DNA from: a virus
Strand: one strand, 5' to 3'
IMG/VR virus record: IMGVR_UViG_3300045988_147264
Location: 34,422-98,421 of that record
DNA length: 64,000 nt
Position numbers and translations under genes: made by a program. Below are positions 46,759-56,568 of this stretch, piece after piece. Numbering within the stretch: the first letter of the stretch is position 1; the number at the start of each line of letters is the position of its first letter. The notes beneath the pieces were generated by a model. It did no database searches and had not been told where the DNA came from. It was given only the letters and a program-made list of their open reading frames with translations.

Positions 46759-47709
46759 ATGATAGATAATTTAAATTTTCTTTTAATGGCATGGGGTGCC
46801 AAGGATACATCAGTTCCATCTGTAGAGTTTCCAAAATATGTTGGTATCGCTCCGATCAAGATTCTCGCTGTCAATCCTACCGAAAAGGAAAGATGTGCGA
46901 TTTTTGGTACAGAGCCGACCGGCAAGGAACCTGAGTATGTCACAGAAGTTGACTACAACGGAAAAAAGATTCGCAGAGTGAGGATTTGTTTTGTGATCAA
47001 GACAGTCAAGGAAGTCTGTGGCGTTGATCTCACGACTACAGTGAATTTCTTTGTGTCAAACAAGAAGTTTATGTCAAAAAACGGTGAGAAACTTATGGTC
47101 ATGGACAATTATGGACGCGATTGCTGGGTAACAAAGGAGCAGTTTGCAAACAAGACCGTTCCTGAATTCAGAGTTGGCAGGTTTGGCAAGGATTATCACG
47201 CCGCGTTTGAAGGAGAACGTGAGCTCGTTGGATTCATGAGGGCTTATCTCAATGTAGATGATCCGGAGGTTTATGATAACAGTACCGGTCTATTTGTTGA
47301 AAGAGCAGATCTTACATCTGCCGAAGGAACCCTTGAAAACATCGCCAATTACTTCAATGGTGATTTTTCCGAGTTGAAGGGACTTCTCACGATCTTTCCT
47401 GACAATGCGTTCAAGGCTTTATTCGGCGTCAGACATACTGATGACAATAAAGATTATCAGGATGTGTTCACCAAACTGTTTGTTAAGAACAATGTAACTC
47501 ATGCAAGAACAGAAAAGCTCTTCCAGAAGGCGCTTGATGATATGTTAGCATATTCTCCTGGTCACACAGACTATGAGATCTGTCCAATCAAGGAAGCTCC
47601 GAAACCGCAACCAGCCGACCTTTCGGCTCCAAAGACGACAGCCCAACCAGCCGCTGTGGTAGATGACCTTCCATTCGGTGATGACAATAACCCGTGGGGT
47701 AACCTGTAA
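46759..47709 (+). CDS. putative ssDNA-binding protein (acidic C-terminal tail DDLPFGDD)
   Basis: C-terminal acidic tail ending in a D-D-L-P-F motif like SSB DDDIPF. Lies between the ATPase and the primase. Confidence 0.3.
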   Translation: MIDNLNFLLMAWGAKDTSVPSVEFPKYVGIAPIKILAVNPTEKERCAIFGTEPTGKEPEYVTEVDYNGKKIRRVRICFVIKTVKEVCGVDLTTTVNFFVSNKKFMSKNGEKLMVMDNYGRDCWVTKEQFANKTVPEFRVGRFGKDYHAAFEGERELVGFMRAYLNVDDPEVYDNSTGLFVERADLTSAEGTLENIANYFNGDFSELKGLLTIFPDNAFKALFGVRHTDDNKDYQDVFTKLFVKNNVTHARTEKLFQKALDDMLAYSPGHTDYEICPIKEAPKPQPADLSAPKTTAQPAAVVDDLPFGDDNNPWGNL

Positions 47710-48698
47710 TGTTCGCAGGCAAATCCAGTGTATGCTTGGATGATATTCGTGCCAGGGTCTCTGAAGAGGCTCTGGCATTTTATTATCTTGAGGCGGCTGT
47801 TCCTTCGCTTATAAACTCTCCTTTCAGGAGGGATGACAAGCCATCGTTTAGCCTGTATTTCAATAGCGAAGGAAATGTGCTATACAAGGATTTCGCTACC
47901 GATGAAAAAGGAACCATATATCACGCGTTAATGAGACTGTTTAACATGTCTTTCAATGATATGCTTCAGACAGTTTATAATGATGTCGTGAATGGTAAAA
48001 TAAGCTCAAATGGAACACAGTTTGGCGTGAAGAGGAGTTACTCCTCACACGAACGCACAAATGACATCAAGATTGATATATGCATCCGCAAATGGATGCC
48101 ATGGGATGTCGAATATTGGTCGTCGTTTGGCATAAATACAGACTGGCTCGATTATGCCGATGTGTATCCCATAACACATTATTTCCTTACAAAGAACAAC
48201 AAAACATCTGTAATACGTGCGGAAAAATACGCTTACGCCTATGTTGAGCGTAAAGAAGGCAAAATCACTGTCAAGGTGTATCAACCATATTGTCCAATGT
48301 ATAAGTGGCCGGCGAACAACAATGACGGCACTACGATCGCATTGTGGTCGAAAATACCTCTACATGGAGACGTTGTTTGCGTGTGTTCTTCAGTAAAGGA
48401 TGCTTTGTGTTTATGGAGCAATACCGGCGTTCCTGCCGTTGCTTTGCAAGGTGAGGGATATCCAATGTCTAATCATGCTGTAAACGACCTTAAAAGCCGT
48501 TTTAAGCGCGTTTTGATTATGTTGGATAATGATATACCAGGCCTTGAGTATTCAACAAAACTAGCCAGGGCTACGGGTTTTACTAACGTTATTCTTCCAT
48601 TCTTCAGTGGTGGAAAGGATATATCAGACTACTATAAAGCTATAAATAACAGACAAAGGTTTATTAAAGATATATTAAATGTCATACATGGATTATGA
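47709..48698 (+). CDS. DNA primase (Toprim domain)
   Basis: Toprim-like segment VVCVCSSVKDALCLW..GVPAVALQGEG and DxD motif LIMLDNDIPG. Confidence 0.55.
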   Translation: MFAGKSSVCLDDIRARVSEEALAFYYLEAAVPSLINSPFRRDDKPSFSLYFNSEGNVLYKDFATDEKGTIYHALMRLFNMSFNDMLQTVYNDVVNGKISSNGTQFGVKRSYSSHERTNDIKIDICIRKWMPWDVEYWSSFGINTDWLDYADVYPITHYFLTKNNKTSVIRAEKYAYAYVERKEGKITVKVYQPYCPMYKWPANNNDGTTIALWSKIPLHGDVVCVCSSVKDALCLWSNTGVPAVALQGEGYPMSNHAVNDLKSRFKRVLIMLDNDIPGLEYSTKLARATGFTNVILPFFSGGKDISDYYKAINNRQRFIKDILNVIHGL

Positions 48699-49566
48699 TT
48701 CGGCTAAACGAATTGCGTGTTATATTGAATGCATAAGCGAATTTGAGGCGTTTGATCGCGATAAAAATATTGTTCTTAAAAGAGCGGTCAGAGCGTGTTT
48801 CTCTTCGTTACGAAAGCGGGAAGATATAACTCGCATAAAGATTTATATGTACGCATATGAGCCGAAACTTTCGATCGAAGATAATGTTTTCTATTATAAT
48901 AAACATAAAGGTATAAAGAGATATTATCCAGTTACCGATTTATCAATTACGATGATGAGGAAGATCTTAGATCTTGCAAAGAGTATTGTTGACTTTAAGT
49001 CCTCAATTTCTATTGAGCATATCATCGACGAAAACGGCAACGATAGGTTTCAATATTGCACAGATCTTCTGTTTCCAAGCGATACAAATACCATTCAAAA
49101 ACTGTTCGTGTGTACCGTTGTAAGATGGTTCTATGAACAACAGAACCGTTATATCGCATTAAAAGCTTATGAATTGTATAACACCGAGAAGTATCATCGC
49201 TTTGGTTTTTTCAATTTATACTGTTTCGTAAAGGAACAATGTTACGATAATGTGAATGATTTTGGACACGATCTTCTTGATGGTAAAAGTCTTGTTCGTA
49301 GAACATTTTTCGTTCCAGAAAAACTCAAATCGTTATACGAAATGAGTTCCTCGTTACGCAATGGTAAAAGTATCACATTACTTTGGATGGGGTGTGGCTA
49401 TTCTGGAATACCAGTAGAAAACACTTCAATGCAAGTTACAGAAATTTACTGCAAAGGCGGTAAACAAGGATTTGATCTTCAAGAGAGGCTTGAAAGCAAT
49501 ATTGATTTCATTATTTCAAAAATAAAAGGAAATGAGACATTTGACTGTGAGAACGAGGAACAGTAA
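48679..49566 (+). CDS. hypothetical protein (295 aa)
   Basis: ORF. Confidence 0.45.
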   Translation: MSYMDYDSAKRIACYIECISEFEAFDRDKNIVLKRAVRACFSSLRKREDITRIKIYMYAYEPKLSIEDNVFYYNKHKGIKRYYPVTDLSITMMRKILDLAKSIVDFKSSISIEHIIDENGNDRFQYCTDLLFPSDTNTIQKLFVCTVVRWFYEQQNRYIALKAYELYNTEKYHRFGFFNLYCFVKEQCYDNVNDFGHDLLDGKSLVRRTFFVPEKLKSLYEMSSSLRNGKSITLLWMGCGYSGIPVENTSMQVTEIYCKGGKQGFDLQERLESNIDFIISKIKGNETFDCENEEQ

Positions 49567-50332
49567 ATGTTATGCGTTGCGTGACATTGAAGTTCCCCAA
49601 AAAACGATCCTCAGGCTTGGTAGCGTCACGCCTACTGCGGAAATAACACGTAAGACTGACATCATTGAGATAAATCCAGCGGAAGCATGCGCCATATCGT
49701 CAGATAAGCGCGCCACAAGAAGGATTCTTCTCGAAGCAGGTGTGTCGATTGCAGACGAATGCGTGATTCCAGAAGATGTTCGTGACAATCACGACAACAT
49801 TATTGCCATAATCCTTAAGTATATGCAAGATAATGATTGTAACATCATTGCAAAGCGTTATAATTCCTCAAAAGGGAAGGGGTTACTGCTGCTGGACAGT
49901 CCTGATGCAGTTGAGTCTTTTGTGAATTTCGCTAAAATTGAGAATTGGGTGCTTGAGCGCTATTACACGTATTCCCGTGAATACCGTATTCATGTAACCA
50001 AGGATGGTTGTTTTCTCGCAGATAGAAAGATGCTTATTAACGGAGCCGATGAAAGATGGCATCGTCACGAGACAAATTCTGTCTGGATTAACGAAAATAA
50101 CGAATTATTTAACAAACCGATTAACTGGGAAGATATAGTTGCCGATTGTGTAAAGGCAATGCATGCAATCGGTTTGGATATCTGTTGCTTTGATGTCAAG
50201 GTGCAGAATGACAAACATGAGAATCCTAAATGGATAATCATGGAGTCAAATAGCGCACCTGGACTCAATGACTCTTCTATTGAATTATATAGAGAACAAA
50301 TTAAAAAAATTATCAATGAAAGAACGGTATAA
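49532..50332 (+). CDS. RimK-like ATP-grasp ligase
   Basis: ATP-grasp motifs IIAKRYNSSKGKGLLLL, EYRIHV, IMESNSAPGL (compare RimK EVNSSPGL). Confidence 0.55.
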   Translation: MRHLTVRTRNSKCYALRDIEVPQKTILRLGSVTPTAEITRKTDIIEINPAEACAISSDKRATRRILLEAGVSIADECVIPEDVRDNHDNIIAIILKYMQDNDCNIIAKRYNSSKGKGLLLLDSPDAVESFVNFAKIENWVLERYYTYSREYRIHVTKDGCFLADRKMLINGADERWHRHETNSVWINENNELFNKPINWEDIVADCVKAMHAIGLDICCFDVKVQNDKHENPKWIIMESNSAPGLNDSSIELYREQIKKIINERTV

Positions 50333-51428
50333 CAACCTTCTGAAAATGTATCCACGGCTTAAGCCGCGTATGTTATTTGGTCAGTCAAGAACAGTTTACA
50401 AATCAACTACCATAAGACTTGACGGTGAGGAAAAAGGAGCCATATGTAAAGACTCTAAATTCGGCGAAAAATGTTGTTTTGGCAACACGACTAAACAAAG
50501 ATTTATTTCCGCAAAAATCTCTTATGATATCTTCTTTACGGACGATATTAGGTTTGTCGAACGCTTGATGCCAGTAACGCTGTTCACAAAGGACGAGATT
50601 GAATCATTCTTGAATTATCTTAAAAACGTGGTCGATTTTGAGTTTACTGTAGAATATGGCCAAGTAAAGAATTTTGATCTTTTCAAAAATGATGGTAATT
50701 TCGTTCATTATTTAGAAAATAGTTGTAAAGAAACCAAAATAGATTATCGTGAATTAACGGGTTTTCTCCTGCACGTTACAATCGATGCCATAAGGCCTAT
50801 TCATGCGTTCATACTTCAATGGATAAGGCAAATATATGACGGACGAGCTCAATTTTATACCGGCATAGTATATGAACTGAAGAAACGAACCGAGTTCAAG
50901 AATCTGTCTCTGTTTACCATAATGAGTCTTGTATATAGCTCATTACGGTTTAGTGAGGGCTCGACCGACATGTGTGTATTTCCTACGGATATGTATGAAG
51001 GAAGGTTGTCTTTCCCAAAAATGAAAGACAGGTTCAGCGATATGAATAAAATGTTTAAAAGATTCGTCAATACAAGCATTTATTCAAGCAAACGGTACGA
51101 TCATGAAAAAGAAGTTCCAGCAGATCTCAAAGAGTATACTTATGGAGATTGTCTTGAATTCATAGACATGGTTTGGTGCAATCTTTGCAGAGACTTGTTC
51201 ATTGAGAATCTGGAAGTGAAAATCAACGACTCTGATAGAATTTCAGTTTTTGGCGATTATCGTGAAATGAGTGATTTCATTAATCGTTATGACGAAATTG
51301 TGGAATTGTTCGCCAGAATAGCGTCTTTAATTTTGTCCGGAAAGTGGAAACTTGACAAAGAGAGTCTCGATTGGAGAATCGACACAAAGCGAATCATCAA
51401 TGACACCTATAAATACTTGAGTGAATGA
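50316..51428 (+). CDS. hypothetical protein within the amide-ligase module
   Basis: ORF. Start moved to Met-17 (ATG 50316 verified). Confidence 0.45.
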   Translation: MKERYNNLLKMYPRLKPRMLFGQSRTVYKSTTIRLDGEEKGAICKDSKFGEKCCFGNTTKQRFISAKISYDIFFTDDIRFVERLMPVTLFTKDEIESFLNYLKNVVDFEFTVEYGQVKNFDLFKNDGNFVHYLENSCKETKIDYRELTGFLLHVTIDAIRPIHAFILQWIRQIYDGRAQFYTGIVYELKKRTEFKNLSLFTIMSLVYSSLRFSEGSTDMCVFPTDMYEGRLSFPKMKDRFSDMNKMFKRFVNTSIYSSKRYDHEKEVPADLKEYTYGDCLEFIDMVWCNLCRDLFIENLEVKINDSDRISVFGDYREMSDFINRYDEIVELFARIASLILSGKWKLDKESLDWRIDTKRIINDTYKYLSE

Positions 51429-52078
51429 TGAACAAAACAAGAAAAGTATACGTTGTTGGAATGGGCACCGGATATGCTCATCCCATAAAGAACAAACAGT
51501 TGGTCAATACCATTCAAGAAGCGGACATTGTCCTTTTCACAGGTGGCGCTGACGTAGATCCATCAATCTATGGTAAGAAAGCCATAGAAGCAACATGGCC
51601 CAACCTTCGTAGAGATATCTATGAAAAGGAGTTCTATGAAGCCATGAGGCCAGACCAGTTGGCAATCGGTATTTGTCGCGGATTGCAGTTATTTTGTGCT
51701 CTTAATGGAGGCAATCTTGTGCAGGATACCACAAATCACGCTGGACCAGACCATACAGTGAAGATTCTCGAAACCGGAGATACATTCATGGTTTCATCGC
51801 TGCATCATCAAATGGTCTATCCTTTCGATATGTCAAATAGAGACTATACCATTCTTGGCATATCAGAACACAACAGAAGTCTTTATTACGCTGGTGACGG
51901 TATTGATCCTGAGGTAATAAAGGACTTTGGTGAACCTGAAATCGTATTGTTTCACAAAGAGGGAAGGCCAGTCAGCTTCGGCATTCAGGGACATCCGGAA
52001 ATGATGTCTCCAAACAGTCCTTTTGTGCAGTACGAAAACGAAATGATTGAAAAGTTGTTAAAACAAATCAAAGGCTAA
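51425..52078 (+). CDS. class-I glutamine amidotransferase-like / gamma-glutamyl hydrolase (peptidase C26)-like
   Basis: Nucleophile elbow AIGICRGLQLF (G-x-C-x-G-x-Q) and GIQGHPE (His-Pro-Glu) triad elements. Confidence 0.65.
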   Translation: MMNKTRKVYVVGMGTGYAHPIKNKQLVNTIQEADIVLFTGGADVDPSIYGKKAIEATWPNLRRDIYEKEFYEAMRPDQLAIGICRGLQLFCALNGGNLVQDTTNHAGPDHTVKILETGDTFMVSSLHHQMVYPFDMSNRDYTILGISEHNRSLYYAGDGIDPEVIKDFGEPEIVLFHKEGRPVSFGIQGHPEMMSPNSPFVQYENEMIEKLLKQIKG

Positions 52079-52081
52079 CAA

Positions 52082-52951
52082 ATGATCAAAGAATTTACAG
52101 TCGGGGCAGACCCCGAGATGTTTATCATTAATGAGACAACCGGAGAGGTGGTCTCCTCGATTGGATTAATCCCTGGCGAGAAAGGTGACGCCTATCGCGC
52201 CGAAGACATGCCAGAGGGTTACGGCATTGAAACAGACAACATTCTTGCTGAATTCAATATCCCTCCTTGCAAAACCAAGGATGAGTTCATTAATGCCATG
52301 AACTACATGAAGGATTATATTCGTAAGTTCGTGAAGAATGTCAATCCTGAGTTGAATATCAAGTGCTCTGCCAGCGAAATGGTCGGAAGCGATCAATTAA
52401 GGTCTCCTGAAGCCAAGATGTTCGGATGCTCTGTCGATTTCAATGCTTATACAGAAGACTCCAATCCTAAACCTTGCGGAGAAAGCACCAACCTCAGATC
52501 TGCCGGATGCCATATTCATCTTGGCTATGATCCGAAGAGTTACGAGTCAAGCATCGAATTGTTGAAACTCATGGATGTGTTTGTTGGCTTGCCATCAATA
52601 CTTATCGACAAGGATGATCGTCGCCGCAGTCTTTACGGCAAAGCCGGTTGTTTCAGGCTTACGCCGTATGGCATTGAGTATAGAGTGTTGTCGGCAAAGA
52701 TGTATGACACCAACGATCTCATGTCGCTAGTCTGGGACGGTGTCATGCTTGCGATTGCTGCCTATAATAACAATTTCGAGTATAACGCCGGAGCAGAGAT
52801 GGTTATTCAGGCCATCAATGAAAGCGATGAGAAACTCGCAAATGCTGTGCTTGAAGATGTGTTTGGAAGCATTTTCAAAAATTTCCCTGCAATGGCTGAC
52901 CAAGCAAAATCGTTTATTACTGAATTAGGAACCATAAAGAATAAATTGTAA
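52082..52951 (+). CDS. GS/GCS2-like carboxylate-amine ligase (amidoligase) paralog 1
   Basis: N-terminal VGADPEM and GCHIHLGYD. Shares the HIHLG motif with 54353..55672. Confidence 0.4.
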   Translation: MIKEFTVGADPEMFIINETTGEVVSSIGLIPGEKGDAYRAEDMPEGYGIETDNILAEFNIPPCKTKDEFINAMNYMKDYIRKFVKNVNPELNIKCSASEMVGSDQLRSPEAKMFGCSVDFNAYTEDSNPKPCGESTNLRSAGCHIHLGYDPKSYESSIELLKLMDVFVGLPSILIDKDDRRRSLYGKAGCFRLTPYGIEYRVLSAKMYDTNDLMSLVWDGVMLAIAAYNNNFEYNAGAEMVIQAINESDEKLANAVLEDVFGSIFKNFPAMADQAKSFITELGTIKNKL

Positions 52952-54375
52952 TGTGTGGAATCTTTGGCTTTATAGGCCAACGGCAGAAACCGTTTGACAA
53001 AAGAGCATTCGTTACCTTGGGTGTCGCAAATGACGCCCGAGGCGGCGATTCTTGCGGCATATTCATTGACGGACAGTACGAATATGGTGTCGATAAGCTT
53101 AAGTTGTTCGGCGATTTCTGGTATCAATCAAAACTTATCAAAGAGACAAAAAGCGCTACAATCGCTCTTGGGCATGACAGAAAGGCTTCTGTCGGTGGAG
53201 TGAAGGCTGAGTTGGCTCAACCTGTCATCATTAATGGAGAAAACGGACCGGAGTTTGTCTTTATCCATAATGGTACAATGGTGAATCATACCGCTCTCGC
53301 AAAGAAATATCTGCCAGATATGGATACCGCTCATATGAGCGACTCTCAAATCATGGCGCATATTTTCTATCGTCACGGATTTGATTCCATTGAGGAATAT
53401 ATCGGAGCGGCTGTATTTGTCGCTGTCGATTATCGTTCCGGAAAACCTGTGTCGTATTTCTTCAAGGGAGAATCAAAAGAGTATAGTTATTCGACAAAGG
53501 CCACTGAAGAAAGACCATTGTTCTTCACGATGTCTCACCAGCAGGTCTATTTTTCTTCAATCTATTCTACGCTTGCTACTCTATTTCCTGATAAGGCATT
53601 TGCCAAAAACATTTATTTTCCTAATGGGAATATACTTTATACAGTAAATCCTGATGGAGATTTTGCTGTTGTCAAGGAATACGACAGGAGCAAGTGCTAT
53701 CAGAAAGAATCGTATACGAGCGCCGCTTATAACTATTATGGATATAATCGAAATGTCGATTTTGATGACGAGGAGAGTTATTACGATTACTACAGAGGCA
53801 AAAACAATAATAACACCCCAACAAACCTGTTGACGTCTGGTAACAATGGTAAGCTTACGTTTGATTCCAAGACGATGCTGTATTACGAAGGAGATGATGT
53901 CGCGCATGGGTTGTATTATGTTGTTGACAACGGCTCAATCGTGCCAGCAAGAACAGCCAATGCGTTTGAGGCGTTCTTCTTCAATGGCGTTCTCATTAAG
54001 AATGCAGATGCGTTATTCTTCTTGATAGAATTTATGGTGACAATGCAGTTGACTGAAGATAAGGTTTTCGAGAAATATGACTCCCTTGTGAGGTACTTAA
54101 GTCCATTGCCGGCGGTTAGCCTTGGTGATGACGGTACTCCCACCTTTCATAAGTATGTCACGCCTACCGAATGTGAGCTGTTTAGCGGTACAATGTTTCC
54201 ACTGTTTGCCGGTAGGTCAATTATGTGTCAAGCCGGTGCTGTATCGTCTTCAACGCTTATCGCCGATTCAGTAGGAGAGAACATCTATAAGAAATTTAGC
54301 GAAGAGCCTATCAATATGGAATTACTTGATGACTTTTTAGATTCAACCGTAAATGAAACTGAAAATAATAAATAA
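52951..54375 (+). CDS. class-II (Ntn) glutamine amidotransferase domain protein
   Basis: N-terminal MCGIFG places the catalytic Cys at position 2, typical of Ntn GATases (PurF, AsnB, GlmS type). C-terminal ~270 aa of unknown function. Confidence 0.55.
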   Translation: MCGIFGFIGQRQKPFDKRAFVTLGVANDARGGDSCGIFIDGQYEYGVDKLKLFGDFWYQSKLIKETKSATIALGHDRKASVGGVKAELAQPVIINGENGPEFVFIHNGTMVNHTALAKKYLPDMDTAHMSDSQIMAHIFYRHGFDSIEEYIGAAVFVAVDYRSGKPVSYFFKGESKEYSYSTKATEERPLFFTMSHQQVYFSSIYSTLATLFPDKAFAKNIYFPNGNILYTVNPDGDFAVVKEYDRSKCYQKESYTSAAYNYYGYNRNVDFDDEESYYDYYRGKNNNNTPTNLLTSGNNGKLTFDSKTMLYYEGDDVAHGLYYVVDNGSIVPARTANAFEAFFFNGVLIKNADALFFLIEFMVTMQLTEDKVFEKYDSLVRYLSPLPAVSLGDDGTPTFHKYVTPTECELFSGTMFPLFAGRSIMCQAGAVSSSTLIADSVGENIYKKFSEEPINMELLDDFLDSTVNETENNK

Positions 54376-55672
54376 TCTTTCCGAAGATTCAAGACAAGAT
54401 CGTGATGGATATGTCAGAGGAATCTTGCAGGCCACAAAGAACTCCATTGTTGTAGGATGGGTTCCACTGTCTCCTCTTAATGTGCTTATCTGTACGAAGC
54501 TGAGAATTCCTGGACTTTATGAATATGTCAATATGTCACGTGTTTATGGTCATTCATATGAAGAGCTTAAAGACGTATTGCATTTTGACAATTCGATAGG
54601 GCTTTACAGGTTCATATTTGAGTCTACTCCAGAAACAATTGCCATGGCTACTGCCGTCATGGGTAATGGTCAGTATCCATATCTCATTGAAAGAGAGTAT
54701 GAGGCATTGAATAATCTAGGTAGGTTCAATGATTCTCACATTGTCGAACAGCACAAGACATATACTCTTGGCGACAAGCTTAAATACACGTTTGGCATTG
54801 AGTTTGAGACATCCTGCGGTTACGTTCCTTGCGATAGGACATTCATAGATGGCCTTATTCCGTTAAGAGATGGAAGTATTTCTGGAATAGAATACTCAAC
54901 AATTGTTCTTAAAGGAAATGACGGATTGAATACACTTAAACAGTGTATGGATGACCTGACCAAATACACTATGTTTAACAAGGAGTGCGCGTTACACATT
55001 CACCTTGGTGGGTTTCCGGTAAAACAGGAATATATCGCAGCATTGGCCGGCGTACAGAAGAAACTTGAGGATTCAAACTATCTGTTTACTCTGCCTGAAT
55101 GGTCATTTAACACAGAGCTTTATAAGTCTAACGGCAAAAGCTACTGCAAGAAGACACCGATATACGAAAGTTTCGATGAGTTATTCCACGGCGTGACTGG
55201 TAAAGATTTCAAGGGTTCATTGTCAGAACCACATCCAAGGGATCCCGAAAGAACTTCCAAGTGGAATATATCTTCCAGATATTATGGACTCAATCTTGTC
55301 AATATGGTCTGCTATAAGACTCCAAAGACTGTTGAGTTCAGATTCCTCAGACCAACAGACAACTTCAAAAAGGTGTATATTTGGCTTGCGATATTTAACG
55401 CGCAGCTGGAGTTCACCAAAATGCTTGTTGAAAAATACAAGAGAGCCATATCAGAGGATGCAAATGCTTCGTTCATGTTAGATTATATAAATGATCTTAA
55501 TTTTGACCTGACAACCGTTTTGTCAAGTGTATATGAAGGAGACTTTCTTGATTGGCTTATTGACGGTCTGAAACTCATGAAGCGAGTTATTAGTGTTCAA
55601 AATGGAGCAAATGACCACTACGGATCACTTGTAAGTGTTGAAAACAAGATTCTTGGCACTGATGTACTTTAG
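54353..55672 (+). CDS. GS/GCS2-like carboxylate-amine ligase (amidoligase) paralog 2
   Basis: TFGIEFETS (G-x-E-x-E) and CALHIHLGG motifs. Confidence 0.45.
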   Translation: MKLKIINNLSEDSRQDRDGYVRGILQATKNSIVVGWVPLSPLNVLICTKLRIPGLYEYVNMSRVYGHSYEELKDVLHFDNSIGLYRFIFESTPETIAMATAVMGNGQYPYLIEREYEALNNLGRFNDSHIVEQHKTYTLGDKLKYTFGIEFETSCGYVPCDRTFIDGLIPLRDGSISGIEYSTIVLKGNDGLNTLKQCMDDLTKYTMFNKECALHIHLGGFPVKQEYIAALAGVQKKLEDSNYLFTLPEWSFNTELYKSNGKSYCKKTPIYESFDELFHGVTGKDFKGSLSEPHPRDPERTSKWNISSRYYGLNLVNMVCYKTPKTVEFRFLRPTDNFKKVYIWLAIFNAQLEFTKMLVEKYKRAISEDANASFMLDYINDLNFDLTTVLSSVYEGDFLDWLIDGLKLMKRVISVQNGANDHYGSLVSVENKILGTDVL

Positions 55673-55748
55673 GATTGGAAATATTTTGTCACACTGATAT
55701 TGCGTAATTCAATATTATTCAGTATCTTTGTGACAAAAATATTTTCAT

Positions 55749-56231
55749 ATGAATAAAAAGATTAAAAACGCTACTCCCGTCGATATTGACGGAATACACT
55801 TCAGATCAAAAATGGAGGCAAGAGTTTACTCTATACTTAAAGAGAATGGGTTTGACATTGATTACGAAAAGAGAACTTTTGATTTGCTTAGTGGGTTTTA
55901 TCCCACTGTTGAATGCTATGACAGGCATTACGACCGCAAACAAAAAAGTGAAATGTTCGGACTTAGCCAAGACAAGGTTATGGCCATAACATACACTCCA
56001 GATTTCTCTATTGAAATAAATGGAATACTCGTTCTTCTTGAAGTAAAGGGAAAAGAAAATGATACTTATCCATTAAAGAAAAAGATGTTTCGCAGGCTGC
56101 TTGAGTCTCTTAAAGAGATGACTGGCAAGCGATTTATCTTTATTGAAGTGCATACGTTAAGGGAAACGAGGAGCGTTGTAGAATTTTTAAAGACATTAAA
56201 CAATGAAGAAACCAATGCTTCAAATGATTGA
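55749..56231 (+). CDS. hypothetical protein (160 aa)
   Basis: ORF. Confidence 0.45.
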   Translation: MNKKIKNATPVDIDGIHFRSKMEARVYSILKENGFDIDYEKRTFDLLSGFYPTVECYDRHYDRKQKSEMFGLSQDKVMAITYTPDFSIEINGILVLLEVKGKENDTYPLKKKMFRRLLESLKEMTGKRFIFIEVHTLRETRSVVEFLKTLNNEETNASND

Positions 56232-56568
56232 AGATCTAATTGATTTCTTGCCCGAAAAAGACATTCCAATAGCGAAGCGTCTTCTTAAGGAAAGAAAACT
56301 TGAAGATCTTGTTAATCTGATATCATCCGCGCTATTTAAGGTTGAGAAGGTGCTTAGCGGCAAAAGCAAAGGCAACGAGCAATACGACAAATACTTTGAT
56401 GAAAATTCTGAGAATATCACGTGGCTTCAAAAATTGTATTCAGAGGCTTCAATGTATTCAGAATTGGTCAACGGAGATATTGTTGACCCTTATGACGATG
56501 ACGATTACGGCATAGTTGTAAACGATCTCAATCCAGACAGTTTCTGTGAGGAGGACGCCATATGGTGA
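56203..56568 (+). CDS. hypothetical acidic protein (121 aa)
   Basis: ORF. Confidence 0.4.
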   Translation: MKKPMLQMIEDLIDFLPEKDIPIAKRLLKERKLEDLVNLISSALFKVEKVLSGKSKGNEQYDKYFDENSENITWLQKLYSEASMYSELVNGDIVDPYDDDDYGIVVNDLNPDSFCEEDAIW

